Numbered from the whole stretch's first letter, positions 39,917 to 49,795 are shown. The stretch: DNA of 63,098 bases, filler included, from an uncultured Methanosarcinales archaeon (GCA_964398115.1; 3 parts of 3 records of this genome joined end to end with filler, not necessarily neighbours in it); one strand, 5' to 3'. Program-made: numbers and translations. The notes: generated from the letters alone by a model not told the origin.

Positions 39917-41476
39917 ATGGTACTAGGAATAAAAGATCGCAGTAAAAAACTCGTAAAATACGGCTTTATCAAAGATTCTGCCAAGGATAAGTATGAATAC
40001 GATGAAACTAAAGGCTACTATGTAAGGAAAGAAGGTGATCCAGAAAACTACGATCCGAGCCACGCCGATGAGGAAAGACATGAAGAAAGCCCTGTCCTTC
40101 CAGGATTCTTCGGACCAAACGTTGAATACGTCAAAACAGGATACCCCGACACTCCTAAAAAATACAGGCTGATATACAAAAGTCCAAGTGCAAGCCTAGA
40201 AGAAAGCTACTACTGGATTCTCGACAGTTTCAGAAGAGACCTAGGATTTCCACACTTCAAGAAAATAACTGACATTTTCAGCGCGAGCGAACAAAGCAGT
40301 ATGTGGGGACAAGCACAACAAAGACTCGGCCTACAGCAGGATAGAGCAAGAGAATACATGGCCACAATAGGAAAAATGACAAAAGACCTCTTCCAACTCG
40401 TTAGAGAATTAAGAATAATAGAAGAAAGACTTGAACTATATCAGAAAGCACCAAAGAGTCATAGCGCAGACGTCAGCCTCAAAGGACTATATATCGACAT
40501 GGTAGAAGGAGGAGCGAAAAACCCAAGCTCGGTATACGGAATAGCACAGCAAGTAGGATTTACAAGTCTACCCGATCTTTTCTTCAACACACATATACAT
40601 GACAAATCCAAAGTGGATGAAAAAGTAGACAATATGAAATACAATACGCAAGTGAAAAACGTGTTGAAAAGAAAACTATACAGCTTCTTAAACTGGAAAG
40701 AAAGAACACATGACGAACTCAAAAGTAGATTCAAATTCACACTACGCTATTTAAGACAACATTGGGGCACAATAAAAATGTATATGAACTGGGTCAAGCC
40801 ATATATGAAAAACGTTCAAAGAATGAGAATGAGCGAAGAACACATGGAAGATGAAGAAATAATAAGCAGTTTCGAAACAAGCATTACCGAAGTAGAAGTC
40901 CTAGCAATGCAACCCAAGAAGAAAGGAATACACCCGTGCGTATTGATAAGCATGAGATACACCACCCAACCAGAGATGAACTACAGCCAAGAACAATACC
41001 AACACAGAGGACCACTCCACATAGGACAGGTAGAGTTCCACCTACGAGCTTATGGATGGACAGAGCACGATATTGAAATGTTCCAAAAGCTAAAGAGAGA
41101 TGAAGACATGGAACTCATAAAAATAATTGACGATAGCGTAGCCGCAGCTATGGACGCTTTAGGAGATGACCTTTACAAATATTTAGACAAGGCAGATGAA
41201 AAACTAGAAAAATACGGTATAGAATGGGGAGAAGAAGAGGAAGAAGAAAGGCCGGAAGGAGGATTTGGGGACGTAGCCAAACCTTTCACAAGCATTTTCG
41301 GAGGTTTTAAAGAATTATTCGGAGCGTTCGGAGTGCAAAAAATGTTTGAAAGCAAAAGCGAAGGTACAAATAGACCTTCACTATCCACAAAGAAAGACAT
41401 TGCCCACGACGTGTTTGCACCAATGTGGATAACCTACAAGAATTACAAGAAAAGTCATGGAATGCTAGCTTGGTAA
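39917..41476 (+). CDS. Uncharacterised 519-aa soluble protein
   Basis: Long ORF, mixed alpha/beta with helical insert; no family recognised. Confidence 0.75.
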   Translation: MVLGIKDRSKKLVKYGFIKDSAKDKYEYDETKGYYVRKEGDPENYDPSHADEERHEESPVLPGFFGPNVEYVKTGYPDTPKKYRLIYKSPSASLEESYYWILDSFRRDLGFPHFKKITDIFSASEQSSMWGQAQQRLGLQQDRAREYMATIGKMTKDLFQLVRELRIIEERLELYQKAPKSHSADVSLKGLYIDMVEGGAKNPSSVYGIAQQVGFTSLPDLFFNTHIHDKSKVDEKVDNMKYNTQVKNVLKRKLYSFLNWKERTHDELKSRFKFTLRYLRQHWGTIKMYMNWVKPYMKNVQRMRMSEEHMEDEEIISSFETSITEVEVLAMQPKKKGIHPCVLISMRYTTQPEMNYSQEQYQHRGPLHIGQVEFHLRAYGWTEHDIEMFQKLKRDEDMELIKIIDDSVAAAMDALGDDLYKYLDKADEKLEKYGIEWGEEEEEERPEGGFGDVAKPFTSIFGGFKELFGAFGVQKMFESKSEGTNRPSLSTKKDIAHDVFAPMWITYKNYKKSHGMLAW

Positions 41477-41509
41477 AAATTATAAACTAGAACGTCTTAT
41501 TCTACCAAT

Positions 41510-42127
41510 ATGGTCAGGCAAGATCATGAAAGACGATTACATCTTCTAGAAAGATTACAGGAAGAAAAAGAAAAGACAGAGGAAGAACTGCAACAACTTG
41601 AAGAAGAAAAGAAGGAAGAACTGGAAAATATAGAAGATCAATTAGAAAACTTGATAGTAGAATTAATGGAGACTGAAGAAGAAATAATTCTTTCTCGAGA
41701 AGAAGATGAAGAAACTGAAGAAGACGAGTCAGATGAATCCGAAGAAGAGCCTGAAAGTTTGGAAGAAACAATACAAACCCAAAGGAGTCAACAGCAAAGA
41801 AGAGAAGGCGGGCCAGTGTATGAGATGAACACTAGCGAAGTTGAAGAAATGGTTCAAAACTTGGGCGACGTATACGATAATGTCAGACAAGCAGTAGAAG
41901 GAGAAGCAGACGAATTCCACGTAGACAGGGCAAGACAAATGATATATGAACTCACAAACGCTCCTGCAGAAGCACAGCAATTCAGTGATGAAGCCCAACA
42001 AGCCATCGCGGAGGATCAAGAAGACCAACAATACATGCAACGACTAAACACCTTAATAGAAACTTTTGAACAAGGAACAGAAAAAGGAATGTACCAAAGC
42101 AATAACAATCAACCTGACCACACATAA
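41510..42127 (+). CDS. Acidic coiled-coil hypothetical protein
   Basis: E-rich N-terminal coiled coil and disordered linker. Confidence 0.7.
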   Translation: MVRQDHERRLHLLERLQEEKEKTEEELQQLEEEKKEELENIEDQLENLIVELMETEEEIILSREEDEETEEDESDESEEEPESLEETIQTQRSQQQRREGGPVYEMNTSEVEEMVQNLGDVYDNVRQAVEGEADEFHVDRARQMIYELTNAPAEAQQFSDEAQQAIAEDQEDQQYMQRLNTLIETFEQGTEKGMYQSNNNQPDHT

Positions 42128-42167
42128 AAGTATATAAACTAATTCTAACATTTAAGAAAAAAAGAGG

Positions 42168-44105
42168 ATGAAATTTAACCAAAGCTACTATCACAGCATG
42201 GACCGAGGATACCATATAGAAGAAGGAGAACAAAGCAGCGACGACCTCGATCCAAATCCCCACGGGGCGATGTCAGAAAGTAGCTACGGAGTAGACGAGA
42301 TAGGATTTGGCAGTAATCCTTTCCAAAGACCAATAGAAGCAGTAAACGCCAGGTTAAAACAAGGAGTCGGATACATCGACATACCATTCTTCGGACAAGG
42401 AAAAGGAAACAAAGAAAGATACACGCCAGAAAGTATTTCTAAAAAAGAAAGAAGAGACATCCGAGAACTCGCAGAGATAAACGAAGCAAAGATAAGCACA
42501 CACGCCAGCACAAACATACAAGGACTAGCAGGACTAAGCCAAGGAGGATTCAACGAACAACAAAGAGAAAACACATTAAAAGAAATAAAGAAAGCAATAG
42601 ACTTCGCAAGCGACATACAAGGCGGACCAGTAGTGTTCCACACAGGAGAATGGCCTAGACCATTTTCAGAAGCGAAATGGAACAAAGACAAAATGTTCGA
42701 AAACTATCCCGAAGAAGAAAACCAAGCCACACTACACATGGTAGACAAAAGAACAGGAGAAGTGAAAGGAACAGTAAGAAAAAGCGACACATTATACGCT
42801 CCAAAATACGCGACTGATGAAGAAGGAAACATTATTGATATAGAAGGAAACCCAATAGACCCAAGCGATCCTGAACAACTCTTCTACGCCAAGCCCAAAT
42901 TCAACGAAGAAGGCGAGCCAGAACTAGAAAGGTTAAAATGGAAAGATATAGAGCAAAGGGCTAAAGAAAGAGGAATAAAACCAGAAGAAGAATTCTTCAG
43001 AATAAACAAACAACAACAACTACTACAATCAGAAGGTCTCCAAGCACACTACCTAGGTAACTACGATGAACTAAGAGAACAAAGAGAAGCAATAAATGAA
43101 GCACTAGAATTTTATGAACAATTAGAAGATAGCATGCCAGAAGAAGAGAAATGGAAAATAATGAAAGAAAGATCGAAAATGCCAAGAGGACTTCAAGACT
43201 TAGGAATTTCAACTTCTACGGAAAGAAAAGAACCATCCGAGATTTTACAACAAGCAAAGGAAAGAATTGATCAGCAACTGGCTCATAGAGAAGAAACCGC
43301 GACTAGCTATAAAATGCAAGCAGAAAGAGCAAGAGAAGATTTTGAAAACATAGAGCCTATAGCAGATTATGGTTTAGAAAAAAGTGCAGATACTGTGGCG
43401 AGAGCGGCAAGGTATGCATGGCAAAAGACCAGGCAGAACAATCCTGAAAGGCCGATATATGTGAGTCCTGAAAGTTTCATGCCTGAACAATATGGAAGTC
43501 ATCCTGATGAGATTAGAGAATTGATAGATCAGTCAAGAGAACAATTCGTGGATGAGATGAAAGATACGTTTGGTGAAGCAAAAGCGAAAGAACTCGCGAA
43601 CGAGCATATAAAGGGCACGTTAGACGTTGGACACTTTAACATGTGGAGGCAACATTTTGATCCTGAAGGTAAGGATTTAAGCCCTGAACAAAAAGAGAAA
43701 GAATTTAACAAATGGTATCTAGAGCAAGTTGAAGATTTGGTTAAAAGCGGTAAGATAGGTCAAGTTCACATAACGGATAACATGGGATTTGACGATGAGC
43801 ATTTAAGTCCGGGAGAAGGAACAGTACCAATTGATGAAGTTATGGACATAATTGAAGAAGCTGACATGGATGACATAATCGTAGAAGCAGGAAGTTTCAA
43901 TCCAGTAGATGTGGTGGAAGACACTTTCAGCTACTTTGGAAGCCCGATATACGATGTGGCCAAAGGAGGGGGTGGAGGTAGAGGTGCAGGATTCCAACAA
44001 GTACATCAACAACATTTCGGCTACAATGCTCCGCCCTTCTATGTAGTGGGAGCATACGCACCAAGTAACGAGTGGAAACTGTGGAGTGAGGTGCAACTTG
44101 AATGA
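42168..44105 (+). CDS. Xylose-isomerase-like / AP-endonuclease-2 TIM-barrel metalloenzyme with ~240-aa insert and Gly-linked C-terminal tail
   Basis: Ligand series STHA, VFHTGE, SPESF, LDVGH, VHITDN..FDDEH and IVEAG. Confidence 0.85.
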   Translation: MKFNQSYYHSMDRGYHIEEGEQSSDDLDPNPHGAMSESSYGVDEIGFGSNPFQRPIEAVNARLKQGVGYIDIPFFGQGKGNKERYTPESISKKERRDIRELAEINEAKISTHASTNIQGLAGLSQGGFNEQQRENTLKEIKKAIDFASDIQGGPVVFHTGEWPRPFSEAKWNKDKMFENYPEEENQATLHMVDKRTGEVKGTVRKSDTLYAPKYATDEEGNIIDIEGNPIDPSDPEQLFYAKPKFNEEGEPELERLKWKDIEQRAKERGIKPEEEFFRINKQQQLLQSEGLQAHYLGNYDELREQREAINEALEFYEQLEDSMPEEEKWKIMKERSKMPRGLQDLGISTSTERKEPSEILQQAKERIDQQLAHREETATSYKMQAERAREDFENIEPIADYGLEKSADTVARAARYAWQKTRQNNPERPIYVSPESFMPEQYGSHPDEIRELIDQSREQFVDEMKDTFGEAKAKELANEHIKGTLDVGHFNMWRQHFDPEGKDLSPEQKEKEFNKWYLEQVEDLVKSGKIGQVHITDNMGFDDEHLSPGEGTVPIDEVMDIIEEADMDDIIVEAGSFNPVDVVEDTFSYFGSPIYDVAKGGGGGRGAGFQQVHQQHFGYNAPPFYVVGAYAPSNEWKLWSEVQLE

Positions 44106-44251
44106 CGTTGCGAGATGCCATGGCAGGTTTAGAAATGAAAGTAAGCGAAAACGTTACCTATGATCAAATACACAACGCACACCTGGGATTGCAACAATAC
44201 GTTACAAGTTATCAAATTTCCGACCTTTGGAGTAAAACACGGTTGGAATGA
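44102..44251 (+). CDS. 49-aa microprotein resembling the C-terminal tail of the upstream TIM-barrel protein (not in ORF track)
   Basis: MTLRDAMAGLEMKVSENVTYDQIHNAHLGLQQYVTSYQISDLWSKTRLE; ATGA overlaps with both neighbours. Confidence 0.8.
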   Translation: MTLRDAMAGLEMKVSENVTYDQIHNAHLGLQQYVTSYQISDLWSKTRLE

Positions 44252-44787
44252 TGGATCGAATTAATCATTTCAAAAGGATTAGAGAAAGATATGACGAAAT
44301 TTTTCAAGACAAAGTAAAGGATGGAGAGGTGCCCATGCGTAGCACCGATTACGGCTTCTTCGGCACCGCCTCTATATTCAATATTTTCGAATTCTTCCAG
44401 AAAATAAATTTAGAAAAATATGACAAATTCATTGATCTTGGAAGCGGAGATGGCCGCGTCGTACTCTTAGCTTCTCTTTTTACAGAAGCTGAAGGTGTTG
44501 AAGGGGATGAAAAATTAGTTAAGAAGAGTGAAGAAATACGTGATGAATTAGGTTTACAAGCAGAATTCCACTGTAAAGACTTCATGAATCACAACTTCTC
44601 AGATTACGACCTAATATTCATATATCCAGACAAAGCTTTCTTCAGATCACTAGAAGAGAAAATAGCACGTGAAGTCGAGGGAGAAGTTTTTGTTTACAAC
44701 CAAGTTTACCAACCGAGAAAGTTGAAAAAAGGTAAAACTGTTTGGGTAAATCAAATGCCTATAATTAAATACGAACCCGAAATATGA
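44248..44787 (+). CDS. Class I SAM methyltransferase (DLGSGDG type, resembling protein-Lys methyltransferases)
   Basis: FIDLGSGDGRVV, GVE and DLIFIY motifs. Confidence 0.85.
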   Translation: MMDRINHFKRIRERYDEIFQDKVKDGEVPMRSTDYGFFGTASIFNIFEFFQKINLEKYDKFIDLGSGDGRVVLLASLFTEAEGVEGDEKLVKKSEEIRDELGLQAEFHCKDFMNHNFSDYDLIFIYPDKAFFRSLEEKIAREVEGEVFVYNQVYQPRKLKKGKTVWVNQMPIIKYEPEI

Positions 44788-44832
44788 CAAACTTTTTATA
44801 TCAATAAAGCAGAGTTGAACTAAAGAGGTGGG

Positions 44833-45699
44833 TTGGAATTGGAGTTTCCTGTTAAGAAACAAAGTTTACAAAACGCAGAAGACTACCCAGATGAAGATAT
44901 AGACATAGCGTATGACTTTGCTAAAAAAGTTCATGAAGAACTCTCTGGATTTATTAAAGCCTTAGTTCTGTTTGGAAGTGTAGCCAGGAATAAAAGCCCT
45001 GCAGATACGAAGAAGAAGAGTGAGTTAGGAGGGAAGATAACTGGTGAAGAAGGTGAAAAATCTGAAAGTAATGATATTGACATTCTGATAATAGTTGATG
45101 ATGTTAGTTTTAAACTTACTAAAGAACTGGTTCAGACCTATAGATTGATGGTTGAGAGGATGGTGAGACGGGTCAGTGATGACTTACACGTTATAACTTT
45201 GAAATTCACAAGCTTTTGGGAGTACGTAAGGTCAGGTGATCCCGTAGCGGTTAATGTTTTAAGAGATGGAGTTCCAATACTTGACACAGGATTTTTCGAA
45301 CCGTTACAGGCTTTGTTAAGCCAGGGGAGGATAAGGCCTAGTCCGGAAAGTGTTTGGAGTTATTTCAAGAAGGCGCCTAAGAGTTTGCAAAGTAGTAAGT
45401 GGCATATCAATCAAGCTGTTATAGATCTTTATTGGGCTGTTATCGACGCTGCTCATGCGGCTTTGATGAAGTTGAATGAGGTTCCTCCTAGCCCTGATCA
45501 CGTTAGTGAAATGATTGAGAAGAAGCTTGTAAAACCGGGTGTGGTAGATGCTAGATATGCTGAGATAATGCAGAAGTTTTATGATTTAATGAAGGATATA
45601 ACTCGTGGTGGTAAAAAAATTGATGGTGGTAAGTATGAAGAATTGTATGACGAGGCGAAGGATTTCGTTGACGAGATGGAAGATTTCTTAAATAGTTAG
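44833..45699 (+). CDS. Nucleotidyltransferase (MNT-like) fused to a HEPN-like helical domain; TTG start
   Basis: LFGS and DIDILII motifs; YWAVIDAAHAAL..PPSP helical domain with no Rx4-6H motif. Confidence 0.85.
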   Translation: MELEFPVKKQSLQNAEDYPDEDIDIAYDFAKKVHEELSGFIKALVLFGSVARNKSPADTKKKSELGGKITGEEGEKSESNDIDILIIVDDVSFKLTKELVQTYRLMVERMVRRVSDDLHVITLKFTSFWEYVRSGDPVAVNVLRDGVPILDTGFFEPLQALLSQGRIRPSPESVWSYFKKAPKSLQSSKWHINQAVIDLYWAVIDAAHAALMKLNEVPPSPDHVSEMIEKKLVKPGVVDARYAEIMQKFYDLMKDITRGGKKIDGGKYEELYDEAKDFVDEMEDFLNS

Positions 45700-46067
45700 T
45701 TTGGGAATTGGTTGTGATAGTGGCATCTGTGAGGGTTGTGACAATGGTATCTTTTAATGTGTGAGAATCCGTAGAAGGGGTTGTATGATGGCTTCATTTT
45801 CTCTTCTCGTGGCTTATTATCTCCGTATGGTTTTTTCCATGGTTTCTTTCCGTAAGGGCTTCTTACTAAAATGTAGGGGCTCATAGCTTTTTGATATCTA
45901 AATCTTTTAATGGCATTTCGGAACTTGTCTTCTCTCAAGTGCTCATTATGATCGAAGTAATTCGAGTATCTAGGATTTTTTCTAGGAATGTTATCTAAGT
46001 GGTAAGCGGCTGTAGCGCTTGCTAAGGTTAAGAGTACTAGTCCGAGGATTATTGTTTTCTTCATCAT
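45696..46067 (-). CDS. Secreted basic Tyr/His/Arg/Pro-rich small protein
   Basis: Signal peptide MMKKTIILGLVLLTLASATAA; GGTGA upstream of start. Confidence 0.7.
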   Translation of the reverse strand: MMKKTIILGLVLLTLASATAAYHLDNIPRKNPRYSNYFDHNEHLREDKFRNAIKRFRYQKAMSPYILVRSPYGKKPWKKPYGDNKPREEKMKPSYNPFYGFSHIKRYHCHNPHRCHYHNQFPN

Positions 46068-46069
46068 AT

Positions 46070-46384
46070 TCACCATATCGGGTGTGTCTTGTATATTCCT
46101 GGGTATAGTTTGGGTCTGTGAAGGTGGTGGGTTATTGTAAATCTTGGTCTTGTATACCATCCTTTTCTGGGATGGTAGTCGGGAGCTCCTTTGTATACGT
46201 GGTAGATTGAATGTCTGTCGTATATTTGGGTGTCGCCCAAGTGAGTCGTGTCGTATGTTGAGTATCTCTTATAAAATACTCCTTCGTCTGGGAGCACGCC
46301 ATATACAGGGGTTTGGTATGCGCTTACTACTGGTATGGCGATTATTAGTAGTGTTAGGAGGTAGTTTATTATTTTATATTTCAC
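46070..46384 (-). CDS. Secreted Tyr/His-rich small protein; GTG start
   Basis: Signal peptide ending IPVVSA; GAGG upstream of start. Confidence 0.7.
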   Translation of the reverse strand: MKYKIINYLLTLLIIAIPVVSAYQTPVYGVLPDEGVFYKRYSTYDTTHLGDTQIYDRHSIYHVYKGAPDYHPRKGWYTRPRFTITHHLHRPKLYPGIYKTHPIW

Positions 46385-46445
46385 ACTAAAAACCTCTTAG
46401 TTGTTACTAAAGAGTAGTATAACTTGTATTTAAAGTTTTGGGTTT

Positions 46446-46700
46446 TTAAGAATCAGACATCAAATCCTTCAAACTAGTACCCTCATCCACCCCATCGATA
46501 TCAACATCAGTATAAATATCCGAAGGAGTCTCCCCCTCACCATCATCAGAGGTAGCTTCCTCTAAATTTTCCCTATACTCCTTATCAACCTTTTTACCCG
46601 TACTGCTAATATCCTCAGCCATCTCCCTAGCATGAGACTCAGAATGAGCAATACCACCTTTCAACAACTTCTCTGCTAATTCATCAACATCCTCTGCCAT
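46446..46700 (-). CDS. Small acidic hypothetical protein
   Basis: GGTGG upstream of the ATG; helical N-terminus. Confidence 0.65.
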   Translation of the reverse strand: MAEDVDELAEKLLKGGIAHSESHAREMAEDISSTGKKVDKEYRENLEEATSDDGEGETPSDIYTDVDIDGVDEGTSLKDLMSDS

Positions 46701-46732
46701 GAAAACCACCTAAACGAAAACGATATATAAAT

Positions 46733-47458
46733 TTATTCCTCATACTCTCTTTCACTCACCATAACCAAACCAATGAAGAAATAAATCAAATAAATGATTA
46801 ACGGGATATAATACATTATAACCCACGGCCACAACGCCAAATCCAAGAACACCATAGGAGTCGCAGCAAAAACCGAAGTCTTCAAAGAATTCTGAATAGT
46901 AACCTTATTCTTACTAGATATAAAGAACACCCAACCCAAAACCGCAAACAAAGCCATAAAAAAGAAATCCTTAATCAAAAATAAAATAGTAACCCAAAAG
47001 ATTATAGCAGGCAACACGAAAATTACCACCTTACTATACAAATTAGTACTCTTATCACTCTTAACACTCCTATAATCCTCGAAAACAGCCTGTTCCTCCC
47101 CAAAAAAGATAAACTTGTTATACATCACACGATCATCAGTAACCAAAATGAATTCATCAGTTAAGTTCCCCCTAGAAAAATCAACTTCAACCTGAGGCTT
47201 TTTCAAAATAGTTATAGATTCATCCAAACTAGCCTCAACATCAACGCTGAAATTGCCAAAAGCTGACAACTCCTTCTGCAAACTACTCTGATAACCTGCC
47301 AGAGAAGGAATCATCAAAACAACAGAGAACAAGACTGACAACAAAACAACGAAGAAAAAATACTTGACAAGATCAAAAAACGGTCTTTGAGCAACTTTCC
47401 TATGCTTATTAGGATTTAAGCTATACCAGATAAGCTTAAAATACTCCTTTAACCTCAT
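46733..47458 (-). CDS. Membrane protein (DUF1189-like)
   Basis: N-terminal TM, extracellular loop and several C-terminal TMs with AATP. Confidence 0.65.
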   Translation of the reverse strand: MRLKEYFKLIWYSLNPNKHRKVAQRPFFDLVKYFFFVVLLSVLFSVVLMIPSLAGYQSSLQKELSAFGNFSVDVEASLDESITILKKPQVEVDFSRGNLTDEFILVTDDRVMYNKFIFFGEEQAVFEDYRSVKSDKSTNLYSKVVIFVLPAIIFWVTILFLIKDFFFMALFAVLGWVFFISSKNKVTIQNSLKTSVFAATPMVFLDLALWPWVIMYYIPLIIYLIYFFIGLVMVSEREYEE

Positions 47459-47492
47459 ACCCCTCTAATTATCTTCACTCATATATAAAACC

Positions 47493-49268
47493 TTATGATT
47501 TCAGAACAGCGCCCTTATCCGCTCTAACCACAACCTCCATACCATCCTCCAACCTTTCAGTAACGCTTCTAACATCCACCAAGACAGGAATCTCTTTTTC
47601 ATTAGCCTTTTCAATAACTTTTTTATCATAATTACTACTCGCCACAAGAACAGCACCAGCTTTGTCAAAAAATTCCTCATAACCACTGTCCAACTTGAAA
47701 AAGACAGCAATATCCCCTTCTTCAATTTTAGAAGCTTCCGAAGGCGACCTACAAATCTTAACCTTACCCTCAACCTTTCCTTTGCTAAACGGATATCCTT
47801 TAACCAAAACCTCACCCATTTTTATAACTCGCAAAGTATTTGTAGATCCGGGCACCCCAACAGGCGTCCCTGCAACTGAAACAATGCTGTCCCCTGGCTC
47901 TGCAAATCCTAATTTTTTTACCACTTCAGAAGCGTTTTCAAACAAACCTTCTATTGTATCAGCTTCTTCTTTCAAAACAGGTTGTACTCCCCACATCATA
48001 TGACATTGACGTACAACCCTCTTCCGAGGAGAAACCACCACTATAGGAACCTTAGGCCTGAACGCGCTCACATTTCTAGCCGTATGACCTGAATTACTAA
48101 AAGCTACGATGCATTCCGCATTTACGTTATAAGCTGTGTCAACCACTGCATGACATACAGAAGTAGTGACGTGACCTCTTGCGTCAAAATTTAAGTTGTA
48201 AAAAGCTTTTTGATAATCAATATCTCTTTCAGCAGATTTTATAGTACTTGCCATAGCCTTAACAGACTCTACAGGATAATCTCCCGTAGCGGTTTCTCCA
48301 GAAAGCATGACACAAGTCGTTCCCTGTCGTACAGCGTTATAAACATCACTCACCTCAGCCCTAGTAGGGGTAGGATTTTTTCTCATACTGTCTAACATTT
48401 CCGTAGCTGTAATAACCGTCTTTCTAGCCTCTAAAGCTCTATCTATTAATCTCTGCTGAGCGCCAGGAACAGAACTATAAGGTATTTCAACTCCTAAGTC
48501 TCCACGAGCAATCATTAAACCATCTGATAAGTCAAGAATTTCAGCCATGTTATTAACGCCCTCTTTATTCTCAATCTTAGAAATTATCTTAATATCTTCA
48601 CCACCATTCTCATCGATAAAACTTCTCGCTTTCACTACATTCTCTGCATTCCGAACGAAACTCAACGCAATGAAATCAGCGCCTTTCTCAATAGCAAACT
48701 TGATATCTTCTTTATCCTTTCTCGAAAGCGTGGGAAGTCTAATTTCAGCATTAGGCACATTAACACCTTTTCTACTTTCTAATTCACCGTTTGTCAACAC
48801 CTTAGTTTTTAAACGACTATCAAAAATTTCAACAACCTCTAACTCTATAGATCCATCATCAATGAGTATCTTCTGACCTTCTTCCACATCTTCAGTTAAA
48901 TAATCATACGTAACATAAATCTCCTCACTAGTACATCTTTCACCCTCTAAAACAGCAGCTTTACTGTCACAAATCAAATCTACAAAATCACCTTTTTCTA
49001 ATTCAATAAATGCTTCTTCATCTTCATCATATCCTTCTACAAAACCCGTCCGGATTTCAGGTCCTTTAGTATCAGCTAATAAAGGAATGAATTTATCTTC
49101 CTCTTTACGAGTCTTTTTTAACAAATTAATCGTTTTTTCATGCTGTTCCTTATTGCTATGAGAAAAATTTAGACGTGCAACATCCATACCTTCTTTCATC
49201 ATATCTGCTAACACATATCTATCATTCGTAGATGGTCCCAAAGTACAAATTATTTTCGTCTGTTTCAT
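47493..49268 (-). CDS. pyk: Pyruvate kinase with C-terminal swivelling-type domain
   Basis: TKIICTLGP, ARLNFSH, DTKGPEIR, KIEN, MIARGDLG and MLSGETA motifs. Confidence 0.96.
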   Translation of the reverse strand: MKQTKIICTLGPSTNDRYVLADMMKEGMDVARLNFSHSNKEQHEKTINLLKKTRKEEDKFIPLLADTKGPEIRTGFVEGYDEDEEAFIELEKGDFVDLICDSKAAVLEGERCTSEEIYVTYDYLTEDVEEGQKILIDDGSIELEVVEIFDSRLKTKVLTNGELESRKGVNVPNAEIRLPTLSRKDKEDIKFAIEKGADFIALSFVRNAENVVKARSFIDENGGEDIKIISKIENKEGVNNMAEILDLSDGLMIARGDLGVEIPYSSVPGAQQRLIDRALEARKTVITATEMLDSMRKNPTPTRAEVSDVYNAVRQGTTCVMLSGETATGDYPVESVKAMASTIKSAERDIDYQKAFYNLNFDARGHVTTSVCHAVVDTAYNVNAECIVAFSNSGHTARNVSAFRPKVPIVVVSPRKRVVRQCHMMWGVQPVLKEEADTIEGLFENASEVVKKLGFAEPGDSIVSVAGTPVGVPGSTNTLRVIKMGEVLVKGYPFSKGKVEGKVKICRSPSEASKIEEGDIAVFFKLDSGYEEFFDKAGAVLVASSNYDKKVIEKANEKEIPVLVDVRSVTERLEDGMEVVVRADKGAVLKS

Positions 49269-49300
49269 CGTGTTTCACGAAAACATTCATTTTTTATAAA

Positions 49301-49795
49301 TCATGTCTTACAAAAAAAGATGTAATCATGCTTATCTTCAACTTTCTCATCTACAATAAACTCCTCGTTTAACAACTCTATTAACCTCTCCACTTTTTCT
49401 TCATTGATACCTTTCTTTAAAACAGTGATTACAAAATTATCTTTTCCCACTCTCTTCATCTCTCTAATTGCTTTGTTTGAATTCTGAAAATTATGAATTG
49501 CACTGACACAGAGGACTATATCAAAAATTGAATTTTCAAAAGGTATTCTTTCAGCTTTGGCCTGAACAACATTCCCATTTGCTTTTTTTAATAATTCAAA
49601 TGAAGGATCTATCCCGTAATAATTACAATCAAAAAAATCTTGTGCTAAACCAGTACCACATCCTACATCTAATAAGTAATCATCCTTTTCCTCACTAATA
49701 AAATCAGATATGTGCTTTAACTTCCGTCTTTGCTCCTCTCCATGAAGTTGATTGTAACTACTTGCGATTTGATCATAATAAGTTTCTACCATCAT
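49301..49795 (-). CDS. Class I SAM methyltransferase
   Basis: LLDVGCGTG motif. Confidence 0.88.
   Translation of the reverse strand: MMVETYYDQIASSYNQLHGEEQRRKLKHISDFISEEKDDYLLDVGCGTGLAQDFFDCNYYGIDPSFELLKKANGNVVQAKAERIPFENSIFDIVLCVSAIHNFQNSNKAIREMKRVGKDNFVITVLKKGINEEKVERLIELLNEEFIVDEKVEDKHDYIFFCKT

Noticed and set aside
44833..45699. MNT-HEPN as an active toxin-antitoxin or defence module
   Set aside because: Single fused gene whose HEPN-like domain lacks the Rx4-6H catalytic motif.
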